Shown in pieces: positions 1-9,375 of a stretch of 64,000 bases of DNA (position 1 is the stretch's first letter; each line of letters begins with the position of its first letter). Location of the stretch: NCBI GenBank assembly GCA_043805735.1, contig JAZDHS010000044.1, forward strand, positions 4,829 through 68,828, read 5' to 3'. Position numbers and translations under genes: made by a program. This DNA comes from Candidatus Omnitrophota bacterium. GTDB lineage: Bacteria > Omnitrophota > Gorgyraeia > JAFGHF01. Under the pieces are notes generated by a model. It worked only from the letters and a program-made list of their open reading frames with translations, did not search any database and was not told where the DNA came from.

Positions 1-809
1 ACGAACGCATCGATTTCAACGAAGTCAGCGATTTGGCCAAAAAGCATCAGCCGAAAATGATTCTCGTCGGGGCCTCGGCCTATCCGCGGACTCTCGATTT
101 CGCGCGTTTTCGCGCGATCGCTGACGAGGTCGGCGCGTTTATGCTTACGGATATTGCCCATATCGCGGGGCTCGTCGCCGCGGGCCTGCACCCAACACCC
201 GTGCCTTATTCCGAATTTGTTACCACCACGACGCACAAAACCTTACGCGGACCGCGCGCCGGAATGATTATGTGCCGTAAGGAATTCGCCGAGAAGATCG
301 ACTCCGAGGTTTTCCCCGGGATTCAGGGCGGGCCGTTAATGCATGTGATTGCCGCCAAGGCCGTGGCCTTAAAGCTGGCCCTGGCGCCGGAGTTTAAGAA
401 ATACCAGGCTCAAATTGTGGCTAACGCCAAAACACTGGCCGCGGAGTTGGACCGGCGCGGCTACCGTATCGTTTCCGGCGGCACCGATACGCACCTGCTC
501 CTGGTGGACTTGCGGTCCAAAAATATTACCGGCAAAGACGCGGCCTTCGCGCTGCACCAAGCCAATATCGTGGCTAACAAAAACTTAATTCCCTATGATC
601 CCCGCGGTGCGCAATTGACCAGCGGGCTGCGTTTAGGCACGCCCAGCGTGACCACGCGCGGGATGAAAGAAAATGAGATGCGCCAGATCGCCTGCCTGAT
701 CGATGGAGTGCTTTGCGCCCCTGACAACGCCAAGACAATCGCGATGACTAAAAAAGAAGTAGTCAAGCTTACGTGCAAGTTTCCCCTTTACAAGGACGTG
801 CGCTTATGA
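1..809 (+). CDS. glyA: serine hydroxymethyltransferase, 5'-truncated by window edge
   Basis: The frame continues upstream of the annotated Met (translation ...[29 protein letters not shown]...). SHMT motifs are visible: [14 protein letters not shown] (PLP-lysine region) and [20 protein letters not shown]. Stop TGA at 807-809. Confidence 0.9.
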   Translation, partial: ERIDFNEVSDLAKKHQPKMILVGASAYPRTLDFARFRAIADEVGAFMLTDIAHIAGLVAAGLHPTPVPYSEFVTTTTHKTLRGPRAGMIMCRKEFAEKIDSEVFPGIQGGPLMHVIAAKAVALKLALAPEFKKYQAQIVANAKTLAAELDRRGYRIVSGGTDTHLLLVDLRSKNITGKDAAFALHQANIVANKNLIPYDPRGAQLTSGLRLGTPSVTTRGMKENEMRQIACLIDGVLCAPDNAKTIAMTKKEVVKLTCKFPLYKDVRL

Positions 810-1276
810 GGCCCAAAAATCAAAAAATGGACCCGCGCCCGGGTTGGGACGAATACTTTTTGGAAATCGCCCAGCTGGTCTCCCGGCGCTCGACCTGTTT
901 AAGAAGAAAAGTGGGCGCGCTAGTAGTGAAGAATAGACGGATTCTGGCTACTGGATATAACGGCACGCCCAGCGGCATTAAGCATTGTTCCGACGCCGGT
1001 TGCCTGCGCGCGAGACTAAACGTCCCCTCCGGCGAGCGGCACGAGTTATGCCGCGGTCTGCACGCTGAGCAAAACGCGCTTTTACAAGCGGCGCTTTACG
1101 GCATTAGCCTGATTGGCAGTTCTCTATATATAACCAATCAACCCTGCCTGATTTGCGCGAAAATGATTATCAATGCGGGCATAAAGGAAATAGTTATCGG
1201 CGGCAGTTATCCGGATAAGATGGCGCTATCGTTTTTAAAAGAAGCGAAGATCAAGATTCGTAAGGCGCGCAAATGA
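806..1276 (+). CDS. dCMP/cytidine deaminase family (ComEB-like)
   Basis: HAEQNAL zinc-binding motif plus PCLICAKMI (CxxC). ATG at 806 overlaps the glyA stop (ATGA). The ORF-track start at 773 is probably too far upstream. Confidence 0.8.
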   Translation: MRPKNQKMDPRPGWDEYFLEIAQLVSRRSTCLRRKVGALVVKNRRILATGYNGTPSGIKHCSDAGCLRARLNVPSGERHELCRGLHAEQNALLQAALYGISLIGSSLYITNQPCLICAKMIINAGIKEIVIGGSYPDKMALSFLKEAKIKIRKARK

Positions 1277-1731
1277 AGTGTCCATTCTGCAGTAACATCG
1301 AAGATAAGGTAGTCGATTCGCGCCAGAGCGCCGAGGGCAACTCGATCCGCCGCCGGCGCGAGTGCCTGAAATGCCAGCGGCGCTTTACCACCTATGAAAC
1401 GCTGGAAGAGATGGCGCTGATGGTCGTGAAAAAGGACGCCCGACGGGAAGCCTTTGAGCGTAAAAAACTGCTGGCCGGGTTGGTTAAGGCTTGCGAAAAA
1501 AGGCCGGTGGGTATGGAAAGGCTGGAACAGGTAGTGGACGAAATTGAGGCCACCCTGCAGAAAAAATACGAAAAAGAAGTTACCTCGAAGGAAATCGGCG
1601 AGCTGGCGATGAAAAAGCTCCAGCAGCTCGATGACATCGCCTATGTGCGTTTTGCCTCAGTCTATCGACAATTTAGAGATGTAAATCAGTTCATGAAGGA
1701 ACTCAAAGGCCTCTCCGACAAATTCCGCTAG
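1273..1731 (+). CDS. nrdR: transcriptional repressor NrdR
   Basis: N-terminal zinc ribbon [18 protein letters not shown]...[13 protein letters not shown] followed by an ATP-cone; length 152 aa is typical. Confidence 0.9.
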   Translation: MKCPFCSNIEDKVVDSRQSAEGNSIRRRRECLKCQRRFTTYETLEEMALMVVKKDARREAFERKKLLAGLVKACEKRPVGMERLEQVVDEIEATLQKKYEKEVTSKEIGELAMKKLQQLDDIAYVRFASVYRQFRDVNQFMKELKGLSDKFR

Positions 1732-1745
1732 GCGGCGAAAAAATC

Positions 1746-4676
1746 GTGGCAGTGCACAGCGAAGAAAAAATCCTCAGCGGGCTCAATGAACGGCAGCAAC
1801 AGGCTGTCGAACATGACCAAGGCCCGCTGCTAATTATCGCCGGGGCCGGCACAGGCAAGACCACCGTAATCGCCCGGCGCATCGCCCAGCTGATCGCCGC
1901 TAAACGCGCTCGCCCGGAAGAAATTCTCGCCCTGACCTTTACCGATAAGGCCGCCGCGGAAATGGAAGAAAGAGTGGACGTGCTGGTGCCTTACGGCTAC
2001 ACCGACATTTGGATTTCCACCTTTCACGCCTTCGGCGACCGGATCTTGCGCGAAAACGCCCTCGAGCTTGGCCTAGACCCGGAATTCCAGGTACTCACCC
2101 GGTCCGACCAGATTATTTTTCTGCGCGAACACCTCTTCGATTTTGCTTTAGACTATTACCGCCCGAAAAGCGACCCCGCCCGTTTCTTAGAGGCGCTGGT
2201 CGTTTTTTTTAGCCGCCTGCGCGACGAGGATGTATCCTGGGAAGAATATGTGCGCTATGCCCAGAACCTCATTGAGCAGTCCAAGGAGAGCCCTCACGAC
2301 GCCGAGCTCAAAGAAACGGCCAAACGCCACGCCGAACTTTCCCACGCTTACGAAACCTATCAACGGCTGTTAATGAAAGAGGGCAAGGTTGATTTTGCCA
2401 ATCAGGTCTATCTTGCCCTTTATCTTTTTCGTCACCACCCTTCGGTGTTAAAACACTACCAAGAGCAGTTTAAATACATTTTGGTCGATGAGTTTCAGGA
2501 TACCAATTTCAGCCAGTTCCAGCTGGTCAAACTTTTGGCCCAAGGCCATAAAAACATTGTTGTGGTCGGAGACGATAATCAGTCCATTTTTAAGTTTCGC
2601 GGCGCGGCGATCAGCAACATCCTTAACTTTATGGACTATTATCCCCAGGCTAAGCGCGTGGTCCTGACCGAAAATTACCGCTCCACGCAGACTATCCTTG
2701 ATAGCGCCTACCGCCTGATTAAACACAATGACCCCGATACCTTGGAAGTAAAATGTAAGATCAGTAAGGCCCTTCTGGCCCAAAAGAAAAAGGGCCCCAG
2801 GATTGAACATTTGCATTTTGACAGCGGCATGGTCGAGGCCGACGAGGTAGCGCGGATTATTGAAGAAAAAGTGCAGAAAGACAAGATCGCCTTAGGGGAA
2901 ATCGCAATCCTGGTACGCTCCAATAACGATGCCGATGCCTTTTTGCGTTCCTTGAATATGCGCTCGCTTCCCTGGCGCTTTTCTGGCAATCAAGGGCTCT
3001 ATGGCCAGGAAGAAATCCGTTTTCTGATTTCTTTCCTGCGCGCGATCGCCGACCCCGACGACAGCGTTAGCCTTTATCATCTGGTGAGCTTTCCCGAGGT
3101 TTACGACCTGGAGATGGCCGATTTGGCCCGCTGTTTGAATTGGGCGAATAAGAAAAACCGCTCGCTCTTTACGGTGTTTAGTCAGCTTGATTCCCTGGAA
3201 GATTTAGCCGGGATCAGCGATAAATCGAGAAAGAAAATTGCCAAAATTGTCACGGACGTTACGTTTTATCTTAAAGAGTCGCGTAATCTGCCTACGGGAA
3301 GGCTGATGTATCTTTTTTTACAGCAGAGTGGATTTCTGAAGAAATTGGTCCGTGAAGAGAATGTCCTTAATGAGCAGCGGATAAAGAATATCGCCCGGTT
3401 TTTTAACATCGTGGCCAACTTTGAGAATCTCAGTAACGTTGACCGGCTGCCCAACTTTGTCCAGCACCTGAATATGCTCATCTCCTCCGGAGACGACCCG
3501 GCTACCGCGGAGGCCGAATTAGACCTAGAGGCGGTGAATGTGCTCACCCTCCACAAGGCCAAGGGCCTGGAGTTTACGCTGGTGTTCCTGGTCAACTTGG
3601 TGCAGGGGCGTTTTCCCTGGCCCAAACGCAAAGAGGCGATTGAAATACCGCTGGACCTGGTGAAGGACATTTTACCCGGTGGTGATTACCATATCCAGGA
3701 GGAACGCCGCCTGTTTTATGTCGGGATGACCCGCGCGAAAAAAGAGCTATATTTTACTTCCGCCGAGGATTATGGCGGAAAGCGCTTGCGTAAAATCAGC
3801 CAGTTTGTTTACGAGGCCATGGATTTAAGCCCGCAAAAACCGGAGATTATTAAGGCCCAGGCGATACAGAAGATTGAACGCTTTGCCCCCCGCGCCGCCA
3901 AACCGCTTTTGAGTGAAAAACCAATTGCCGCTGATGAGCTGCTTACTTTGAGTTTTCGCCAAATCGACGATTATTTAACCTGCCCGCTAAAATACAAATA
4001 TGTGCATATCCTGCGCATCCCGATTTTACGCCACCATAGCGTCGTCTACGGCAGCGCCATCCATAAGGCCATTCTGGATTTCTACCAGGCCAAAATGGCG
4101 CAAAGAAAATTTACTCCCGATGATCTAGCGCGCAGTTTTACCGCGGCCTGGGTCAATGAAGGGTTTTTGTCGCGCGCGCACGAAGAGCAGCGGCTCGCCC
4201 AGGGCCGGGAAACGCTGCAGAATTTCTACAGCCGGGAGAAAGATCGGCCGCTGCCCTTTGCCATTGAACAACCGTTTACGGTGATGCTCGGCAAAGACAA
4301 AATCACCGGCCGCTGGGACCGGGTCGACCAGGGCGAAACCGGCACGGTGATCATTGATTTTAAGACCTCGGATACGGTAAACAAACAAAAGCAGGCCGAC
4401 GAGCGGGTCAAAGAAAGCCTGCAGCTTTCAATCTATGCGTTGGCCTATAAAATGATTAAAGGCGTACTGCCCGCCGCTGTGGAACTGCATTTTGTTGATA
4501 CCGGGCTTATTGGCCATGATCTGCGCACCGAGGCCGATTTAGTCAAGACCGAGGAACTGATTGCCCAGGCCTCAAAAGGGATTCGCGCGCGAATTTTTAC
4601 GGCCAAGCCCGAATATTCGGCCTGTAAATATTGCGCCTACCGCGAGGTTTGCCCGTATACAACTAGTTCACAATAG
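1746..4676 (+). CDS. UvrD/PcrA-family SF1 helicase fused to C-terminal PD-(D/E)xK nuclease with Cas4/AddB-like 4Cys cluster
   Basis: GTG start. Helicase motifs: I (AGAGTGKTT), II (VDEFQDTN), III (VVGDDNQSIF), V (TLHKAKGLEF), VI (YVGMTRAKKELY). The C-terminal ~250 aa carry IIDFKTSD / QLSIYALAYK (RecB-like nuclease) flanked by Cys residues C-x(n)-CKYCAYREVC. Confidence 0.8.
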   Translation: MAVHSEEKILSGLNERQQQAVEHDQGPLLIIAGAGTGKTTVIARRIAQLIAAKRARPEEILALTFTDKAAAEMEERVDVLVPYGYTDIWISTFHAFGDRILRENALELGLDPEFQVLTRSDQIIFLREHLFDFALDYYRPKSDPARFLEALVVFFSRLRDEDVSWEEYVRYAQNLIEQSKESPHDAELKETAKRHAELSHAYETYQRLLMKEGKVDFANQVYLALYLFRHHPSVLKHYQEQFKYILVDEFQDTNFSQFQLVKLLAQGHKNIVVVGDDNQSIFKFRGAAISNILNFMDYYPQAKRVVLTENYRSTQTILDSAYRLIKHNDPDTLEVKCKISKALLAQKKKGPRIEHLHFDSGMVEADEVARIIEEKVQKDKIALGEIAILVRSNNDADAFLRSLNMRSLPWRFSGNQGLYGQEEIRFLISFLRAIADPDDSVSLYHLVSFPEVYDLEMADLARCLNWANKKNRSLFTVFSQLDSLEDLAGISDKSRKKIAKIVTDVTFYLKESRNLPTGRLMYLFLQQSGFLKKLVREENVLNEQRIKNIARFFNIVANFENLSNVDRLPNFVQHLNMLISSGDDPATAEAELDLEAVNVLTLHKAKGLEFTLVFLVNLVQGRFPWPKRKEAIEIPLDLVKDILPGGDYHIQEERRLFYVGMTRAKKELYFTSAEDYGGKRLRKISQFVYEAMDLSPQKPEIIKAQAIQKIERFAPRAAKPLLSEKPIAADELLTLSFRQIDDYLTCPLKYKYVHILRIPILRHHSVVYGSAIHKAILDFYQAKMAQRKFTPDDLARSFTAAWVNEGFLSRAHEEQRLAQGRETLQNFYSREKDRPLPFAIEQPFTVMLGKDKITGRWDRVDQGETGTVIIDFKTSDTVNKQKQADERVKESLQLSIYALAYKMIKGVLPAAVELHFVDTGLIGHDLRTEADLVKTEELIAQASKGIRARIFTAKPEYSACKYCAYREVCPYTTSSQ

Positions 4677-4691
4677 GAGGAAGAACAAACG

Positions 4692-5012
4692 ATGATCACC
4701 TACGATGATTTTGCGAAAATGGAAATTAGAATCGGAACTATCTTAGAGGCCGAGCGCGTGCCCAATACCGACAAACTCCTCAAGCTGATGGTCGATATTG
4801 GCGGCGAAAAACGCCAGCTTGTCGCTGGCATCGGCATGCAGTATGAGCCCCTGAAATTAATCGGTAAGCAGACGCCGGTGCTGATCAATCTGCAGCCGGC
4901 CAACATCAGAGGCGTAGAGAGCAACGGCATGATTTTGGCCGCCGACGCTAACGGAAAACCGGTGATCCTCGTGCCAAAAAAAAAGGTACCGCCGGGGAGT
5001 AGAGTGAAATGA
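4692..5012 (+). CDS. tRNA-binding domain protein (CsaA/Trbp111-like)
   Basis: 106 aa. Similar to the MetRS C-terminal/EMAP domain: ...GKQ..VAGI...L.GK...V.NLKPA.IRGVESNGMILAA. Confidence 0.7.
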   Translation: MITYDDFAKMEIRIGTILEAERVPNTDKLLKLMVDIGGEKRQLVAGIGMQYEPLKLIGKQTPVLINLQPANIRGVESNGMILAADANGKPVILVPKKKVPPGSRVK

Positions 5013-5092
5013 GGCGACGCTTTTTGGCACAACTACCATGGCAGCGCATATCTATGTATTGGGACAGTCCCTTAAGGCAAAGGTGGTAAGCA

Positions 5093-5407
5093 ATGAAGTT
5101 TAACTTAGTGTATATTACGACGAAGGATAAAGAGGAGGCGAAGAAAATCGGCTATGAGCTGGTTAAGGAGCGGCTGGCCGCCTGCGTCAATATTATCGAT
5201 CAAATGAACTCGATGTATTGGTGGCAGGACGAAATCCAGTACGACACCGAAACGATCCTGATTGCCAAAACTAAAGAATCGCTCGTTGAGGCGCTGATTG
5301 CCAAGGTGAAGTCTCTGCACAGCTACTCCTGCCCCTGCATCGTCGCTTTGCCGATCCTCGACGGCAACAAAGAATACCTGACGTGGCTAGAGAATGAGAC
5401 GAAGTAG
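5093..5407 (+). CDS. cutA: divalent-cation tolerance protein CutA
   Basis: 104 aa with CutA1 signature (AACVNI...YWWQDEI...CP.I.ALPI..GN.EYL.W). Confidence 0.8.
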   Translation: MKFNLVYITTKDKEEAKKIGYELVKERLAACVNIIDQMNSMYWWQDEIQYDTETILIAKTKESLVEALIAKVKSLHSYSCPCIVALPILDGNKEYLTWLENETK

Positions 5408-5433
5408 TTTGCCGAAAAATTTCTAATACTCTA

Positions 5434-5519
5434 GACGGAACTCGGGGGCGTTCTGCGACTGGGAGGATCCACACCGGGCGGAGGGGCCCAGGAGCAGAAG
5501 TGCCCCCCGAGTAACCGTC
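5434..5519 (+). ncRNA. candidate structured cis-regulatory RNA (nested 4-helix hairpin) in cutA–rSAM intergenic region
   Basis: Four perfectly nested helices separated by small symmetric internal loops: gacgg/ccgtc (5434-38 / 5515-19), ctcggggg/cccccgag (5441-48 / 5504-11), ttctgc/gcagaa (5451-56 / 5494-99), ctggg/cccag (5459-63 / 5487-91). They surround a 23-nt GC-rich apical region. No U-tract follows, so it is not a classic terminator. Confidence 0.4.
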
Positions 5520-5551
5520 CGTAAGACAATAAGGCGAAGGTGAAAGCAACC

Positions 5552-6409
5552 ATGAAACGAGAGTCGATACATTGCGAATTGCTGCAGGAGGGACGGGTAC
5601 GGTGTCTGTTATGCCCGCATTATTGTATTTTGAAAAAAGGGGATAAGGGCAAGTGCGGCGTGCGCCAGAACGAAAACGGCCGGCTCTATAGCTTAATTTA
5701 CGGCGAGACTACCTCGATTGCCCTGGACCCGATTGAAAAAAAGCCGCTTTATCATTTTCATCCCGGCAGCCGCATCCTTTCCTTAGGGACGAAAGGCTGT
5801 AACCTTAAATGCCCCTGGTGCCAGAATTGGTCGATCTCGCAATGCCTGGATTGTCCTACCGAAAATATCACCCCGGAACAAGTAGTCGCCAAGGCCAAAG
5901 AGATGCAGTCTCTGGGAATCGCTTATACTTATAATGAACCGTTTATCTGGTTTGAATTTGTTTACGATACGGCGCGGCTGGCCCGCCAGGAAGGTTTGAA
6001 AAATGTTTTAGTCACTAACGGCTATGTTAACCAAAAGCCGCTGGAGGAAATCATCGGCCTGATTGATGCGATGAATATTGACGTTAAATCAATGGAGGAG
6101 CAATTCTACCAAAAATATTGCCAGGGCAAGCTTGGGCCTGTCCTGAGTACTTGCGAATATGCCGCCGCGGCTGGCTGCCATATCGAACTTACTTACCTGG
6201 TCATTCCTACGCTTAACGATAGCGAAGAAAATTTCCGTAAACTTACCGAATGGGTGTTCACCCGTCTGGGTGAAAATACGCCCCTGCATTTTTCCCGCTA
6301 TTTCCCGACGTATCAAATGAATATCCCGCCCACACCGCCGGCGGTGCTCGAAAAAGCCCAAGCAATTGCCAAGACTAAACTGCGCAATGTCTATTTAGGG
6401 AATGTTTAA
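5552..6409 (+). CDS. radical SAM enzyme, PflA-like, AmmeMemoRadiSam-system type (copy 1)
   Basis: N-terminal C-x2-C-x-H-x-C (CLLCPHYC), IEKKPLYHFHPGS, and the radical SAM CxxxCxxC (GCNLKCPWCQNW). Start is ATG at 5552 or the GTG at 5540 given in the ORF track. Confidence 0.75.
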   Translation: MKRESIHCELLQEGRVRCLLCPHYCILKKGDKGKCGVRQNENGRLYSLIYGETTSIALDPIEKKPLYHFHPGSRILSLGTKGCNLKCPWCQNWSISQCLDCPTENITPEQVVAKAKEMQSLGIAYTYNEPFIWFEFVYDTARLARQEGLKNVLVTNGYVNQKPLEEIIGLIDAMNIDVKSMEEQFYQKYCQGKLGPVLSTCEYAAAAGCHIELTYLVIPTLNDSEENFRKLTEWVFTRLGENTPLHFSRYFPTYQMNIPPTPPAVLEKAQAIAKTKLRNVYLGNV

Positions 6410-8094
6410 GGCTGGGCGGCGGACTTTAGGGGGGAGATACGGTCAACCAAGCCGGCCTTCTCTTTAAGCGTTTCCAGCCAGAGCATATAGAAGTCATTTT
6501 TCCTTTTACCCAGCAGCGTTTCTTTAAATGACTCCTTTTCTTGGCCGAATTTTTCTTGGTCGATAGGGAAAAGTTGTACCAGACTCGCAATACAGTAACC
6601 GTTGGGCACCGCAATAACTTCACTCGCCTCTCCGCTGGCCAAGCCAAAGACGGCCTGGGCAAATTCCGGGCTGCGGCCGATAACGGAAATGTAACCGTTG
6701 CGGGTAAATTCTTCTGTTTCTTTGGGCTCCAGAGAAAGTTTTTTCGCCGCGTCGGTGAAAGTCGATTTATTATCCTGCAGCAATTCCTTGAGCTTAACCA
6801 GCATTTCTTGCGCCTTTTCCTGCGCGCGCCCCAGCGCCTTTTGTTTAATTACGGCCTGTTCGCTCTGCTCTTCTACGGCGGAAAAATCGGGGACAAACGG
6901 CGGCTTTTTTTCCTTGACTCTTAAAATAAAAGAGCCTTGCGGCGTAGTGATCACATCACTGGCCTCGCCCACCTTTAAGGCAAAGGCGGCCTGGGCAAAT
7001 TCATAAGAAAGCCCAAGCTCGGCAATCGGCTCTTGGGCCTCAAAGAATCCTGTTTCTTTTACCGCTGCCCCGTGGTTTTGCGCTATTTGTTCGAACGCGG
7101 CCGGAGTATTGCTGGCCTCATCGGCCATTTGCCAAACTCGATCTTCCAGCGCTTCCCGGGCTTTTTCCTGTGTTAATTTCGCCTTAATCAGCGACTTTGT
7201 TTCTTCGCTGAGTGCGATTGGCGCCTCGGCCGGCTCTTCGTCTGGCGAGTCTTCCTCGGCGTTTTCCTGGTCTGCCGGCTGTTCCGGGTTAGCTTCTTCT
7301 TTGGGCGCAAACTCATCGCGGTGTTGTTGGTAATATTCATTGATTTCTTCGTCAGCAACTTCTACCGGAAAGAGCTCTGTTGCGCGTTCGTAGGTAAAGC
7401 CGGCGTAGAGTACATTGACCTGTTCGGGTTTTTTAAATTCTTCTTTATGCTGATCGAAATAGCCTTGAGCCTCTTCAAGCGAGGGATGAATTTCACCCAG
7501 ATAGGCGTCTGGCCCAAAGAAAATATAGGCTGCTTTGGCCCGCTCGTTGCGCTGGGCATACTCTTTTTCCGCTTCTTTGTCGGTGATCGTGACTTCTTTG
7601 GTGATTTGCTGGCGTAGCTTCTCAATCATCAGCTCCTGGCGAATTTGCTCTTCGAACTCCCGCGGGTTTAGGCGGAAGGAATAATTGATAATCGAATTAT
7701 AGCGGGCCTGGTCAAACCGGCCGTCTTTTTGGAATAAAGGCAGGGATTGAATGAAACTGATTATTTCTTCGTCGACGACCTTAATTTTTTCTTTTGCCGC
7801 TTCGGACATGACGATCAGGCGTTCCCAGGTGAGCTGTTCAAAATTAAGAAACTGGACGATTTTATTCAGCGCCTCTCCGTAGCGTAACAGCGCGTCCGTG
7901 CGTACCGCGGCAAAGGCGGCTTCGTAGTCCCGGAAAGAGACCTTCTGCCCGAAGATCAGCCCGGCATATTTAGGGGCGTTACGTTCCCGGACCGCGCTGC
8001 CTGAGCCCCAGAGGACGAACGCCGGGATTACCAGGATCGCCAAACCCCACATTATCTTTTTGATATTTTCCCGTTTGCGTAGAAACTGCAGCAT
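6406..8094 (-). CDS. periplasmic peptidyl-prolyl isomerase/chaperone, PpiD/SurA family
   Basis: N-terminal TM anchor (MLQFLRKRENIKKIMWGLAILVIPAFVLWG), an acidic linker, and two parvulin-like segments (GEASDVITTPQGSFIL ; GEASEVIAVPNGYCIA). Start chosen at MLQF because a GAGGA RBS lies upstream; the ORF track extends it to 8148. Confidence 0.7.
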   Translation of the reverse strand: MLQFLRKRENIKKIMWGLAILVIPAFVLWGSGSAVRERNAPKYAGLIFGQKVSFRDYEAAFAAVRTDALLRYGEALNKIVQFLNFEQLTWERLIVMSEAAKEKIKVVDEEIISFIQSLPLFQKDGRFDQARYNSIINYSFRLNPREFEEQIRQELMIEKLRQQITKEVTITDKEAEKEYAQRNERAKAAYIFFGPDAYLGEIHPSLEEAQGYFDQHKEEFKKPEQVNVLYAGFTYERATELFPVEVADEEINEYYQQHRDEFAPKEEANPEQPADQENAEEDSPDEEPAEAPIALSEETKSLIKAKLTQEKAREALEDRVWQMADEASNTPAAFEQIAQNHGAAVKETGFFEAQEPIAELGLSYEFAQAAFALKVGEASDVITTPQGSFILRVKEKKPPFVPDFSAVEEQSEQAVIKQKALGRAQEKAQEMLVKLKELLQDNKSTFTDAAKKLSLEPKETEEFTRNGYISVIGRSPEFAQAVFGLASGEASEVIAVPNGYCIASLVQLFPIDQEKFGQEKESFKETLLGKRKNDFYMLWLETLKEKAGLVDRISPLKSAAQP

Positions 8095-8241
8095 CGAATT
8101 CCTCACTTTTTGAGCACCCATTATAGCCCAACATAGCCACAATAGCAAGCGAATTATCCTTTACAAAATAGGGCGGTTATGCTACAATTTAGGCGCTTAA
8201 ATTGTTTGGTTAAACTATTATAGAGAAGGAAAGATATTGTT

Positions 8242-9138
8242 ATGTGCGCACAACCAGCGGTAAAAAAGGTACTTAAACTGGGCCTGCCCAAGGGTAGCCT
8301 GCAGGAAGCGACCCTGAAGATGTTCCTGAACGCGGGCTATAAGATTAACGTCGAGCAACGTTCGTATTTGCCGACTATCGATGACCCGGAGATTACGGTA
8401 ATTCTCTTACGAGCCCAGGAGATGTCCCGCTATGTTGAGACCGGCGCGCTTGATTGCGGGATTACCGGAGAAGACTGGACGATTGAAAATAATTCTGATG
8501 TCGAAAGCGTGGCCAAATTAGTCTATGCCAAAAAGCGCCTGGTGCCGGTGCGCTGGGTGTTGGCGGTACCGCAGAATTCTCCGATCAAAGAAGTGCGCGA
8601 CCTCTCCGGTAAACGTATTGCTACGGAACTCGTTAACGCTACCCGGGCCTATCTAAAAAAACATAACGTCAAGGCTGATGTCGAATTCAGCTGGGGGGCT
8701 ACCGAGGCCAAGATCGCCGCGGGCTTAGTCGATGCGATCGTTGAGCTGACCGAAACTGGGGCGACGTTAGCCGCCAATAATCTGCGTATTATCGATACCA
8801 TTTGCACCTCAGTAACCCAGCTGGTGGCCAATAAAAAGAGCTGGCGGGATGCCTGGAAGAGAAAGAAAATCGAAAGCATTACGCTTTTACTTGCCGGGGC
8901 GGTAGAGGCCGAAGAAAAAGTCGGACTTAAAATGAACGTGCAAGAAAAAGATCTGCCCGCGGTATTAAAACTTTTGCCGGCAATGAAGAAGCCGACGATT
9001 TCCAATTTGAGCCAAAAAGGCTGGCTGGCTTTAGAGACCGTAATCGACGAGAAAATAGTGCGCGACCTGATCCCGCCGCTGAAGAAAGCCGGCGCCGAAG
9101 GTATCATCGAATATTCGTTGAACAAAGTAATCCATTAA
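8242..9138 (+). CDS. hisG: ATP phosphoribosyltransferase, long form
   Basis: 298 aa with the HisG catalytic domain plus a C-terminal regulatory domain. A TACAAT -10 and GAAGGAAAG RBS lie upstream. Confidence 0.8.
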   Translation: MCAQPAVKKVLKLGLPKGSLQEATLKMFLNAGYKINVEQRSYLPTIDDPEITVILLRAQEMSRYVETGALDCGITGEDWTIENNSDVESVAKLVYAKKRLVPVRWVLAVPQNSPIKEVRDLSGKRIATELVNATRAYLKKHNVKADVEFSWGATEAKIAAGLVDAIVELTETGATLAANNLRIIDTICTSVTQLVANKKSWRDAWKRKKIESITLLLAGAVEAEEKVGLKMNVQEKDLPAVLKLLPAMKKPTISNLSQKGWLALETVIDEKIVRDLIPPLKKAGAEGIIEYSLNKVIH

Positions 9139-9151
9139 AACGGGGGTGCAT

Positions 9152-9247
9152 ATGCCTTGCGGAAGAAAACGCAAAAGAAAGAAGATGTCCAAGCACAAGA
9201 GGAAGAAAAGACTTAGAAGAGATAGGCATAAGAAAAGAGATAGATAG
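9152..9247 (+). CDS. 31-aa K/R-rich small protein resembling ribosomal protein bS22
   Basis: Translates to MPCGRKRKRKKMSKHKRKKRLRRDRHKKRDR*. From memory, mycobacterial bS22 reads ...[20 protein letters not shown].... GGGGGTG lies 4 nt upstream of the ATG. Absent from the ORF track because it is under 60 aa. Confidence 0.45.
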   Translation: MPCGRKRKRKKMSKHKRKKRLRRDRHKKRDR

Positions 9248-9254
9248 ACCTTCT

Positions 9255-9343
9255 TAGACCCTTCCTTAATGGATAGGAAGGTCTATCTATCAGGGTTAGA
9301 CCCTTCGTTAATATGGAATTGCGAAGGTCTACCCTTTAGGGTT
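9255..9343. repeat. two tandem copies of a ~45-bp palindromic (hairpin) repeat element
   Basis: Copy at 9255-9285: tagacccttccTTAATGGATAGgaaggtcta. Copy at 9292-9343: agggttagacccttcgTTAATATGGAATTGcgaaggtctaccctttagggtt. The second is the reverse complement (~45/47 identity) of the element at 40385-40431. Confidence 0.7.
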
Positions 9344-9375
9344 AAGGATAACAGAAGGCTATAAATAAATTTCCG

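Noticed and set aside
5434-5519. Assignment of the cutA–rSAM structured element to a known riboswitch class (ZTP, SAM-I, guanidine-I/ykkC)
   Set aside because: Only fragmentary resemblances to the consensus cores (GACUGG..CCACCGGG; GGCGGAGGG..GCCC). The helix order and pseudoknot partners do not fit any class I can recall, so it is reported only as an unclassified structure.
8149-8241. Possible His-rich leader peptide / attenuator upstream of hisG
   Set aside because: The small ORF in the leader (MLQFRRLNCLVKLL) contains no histidine codons and no terminator follows. It looks like an ordinary divergent promoter region with a TACAAT -10.
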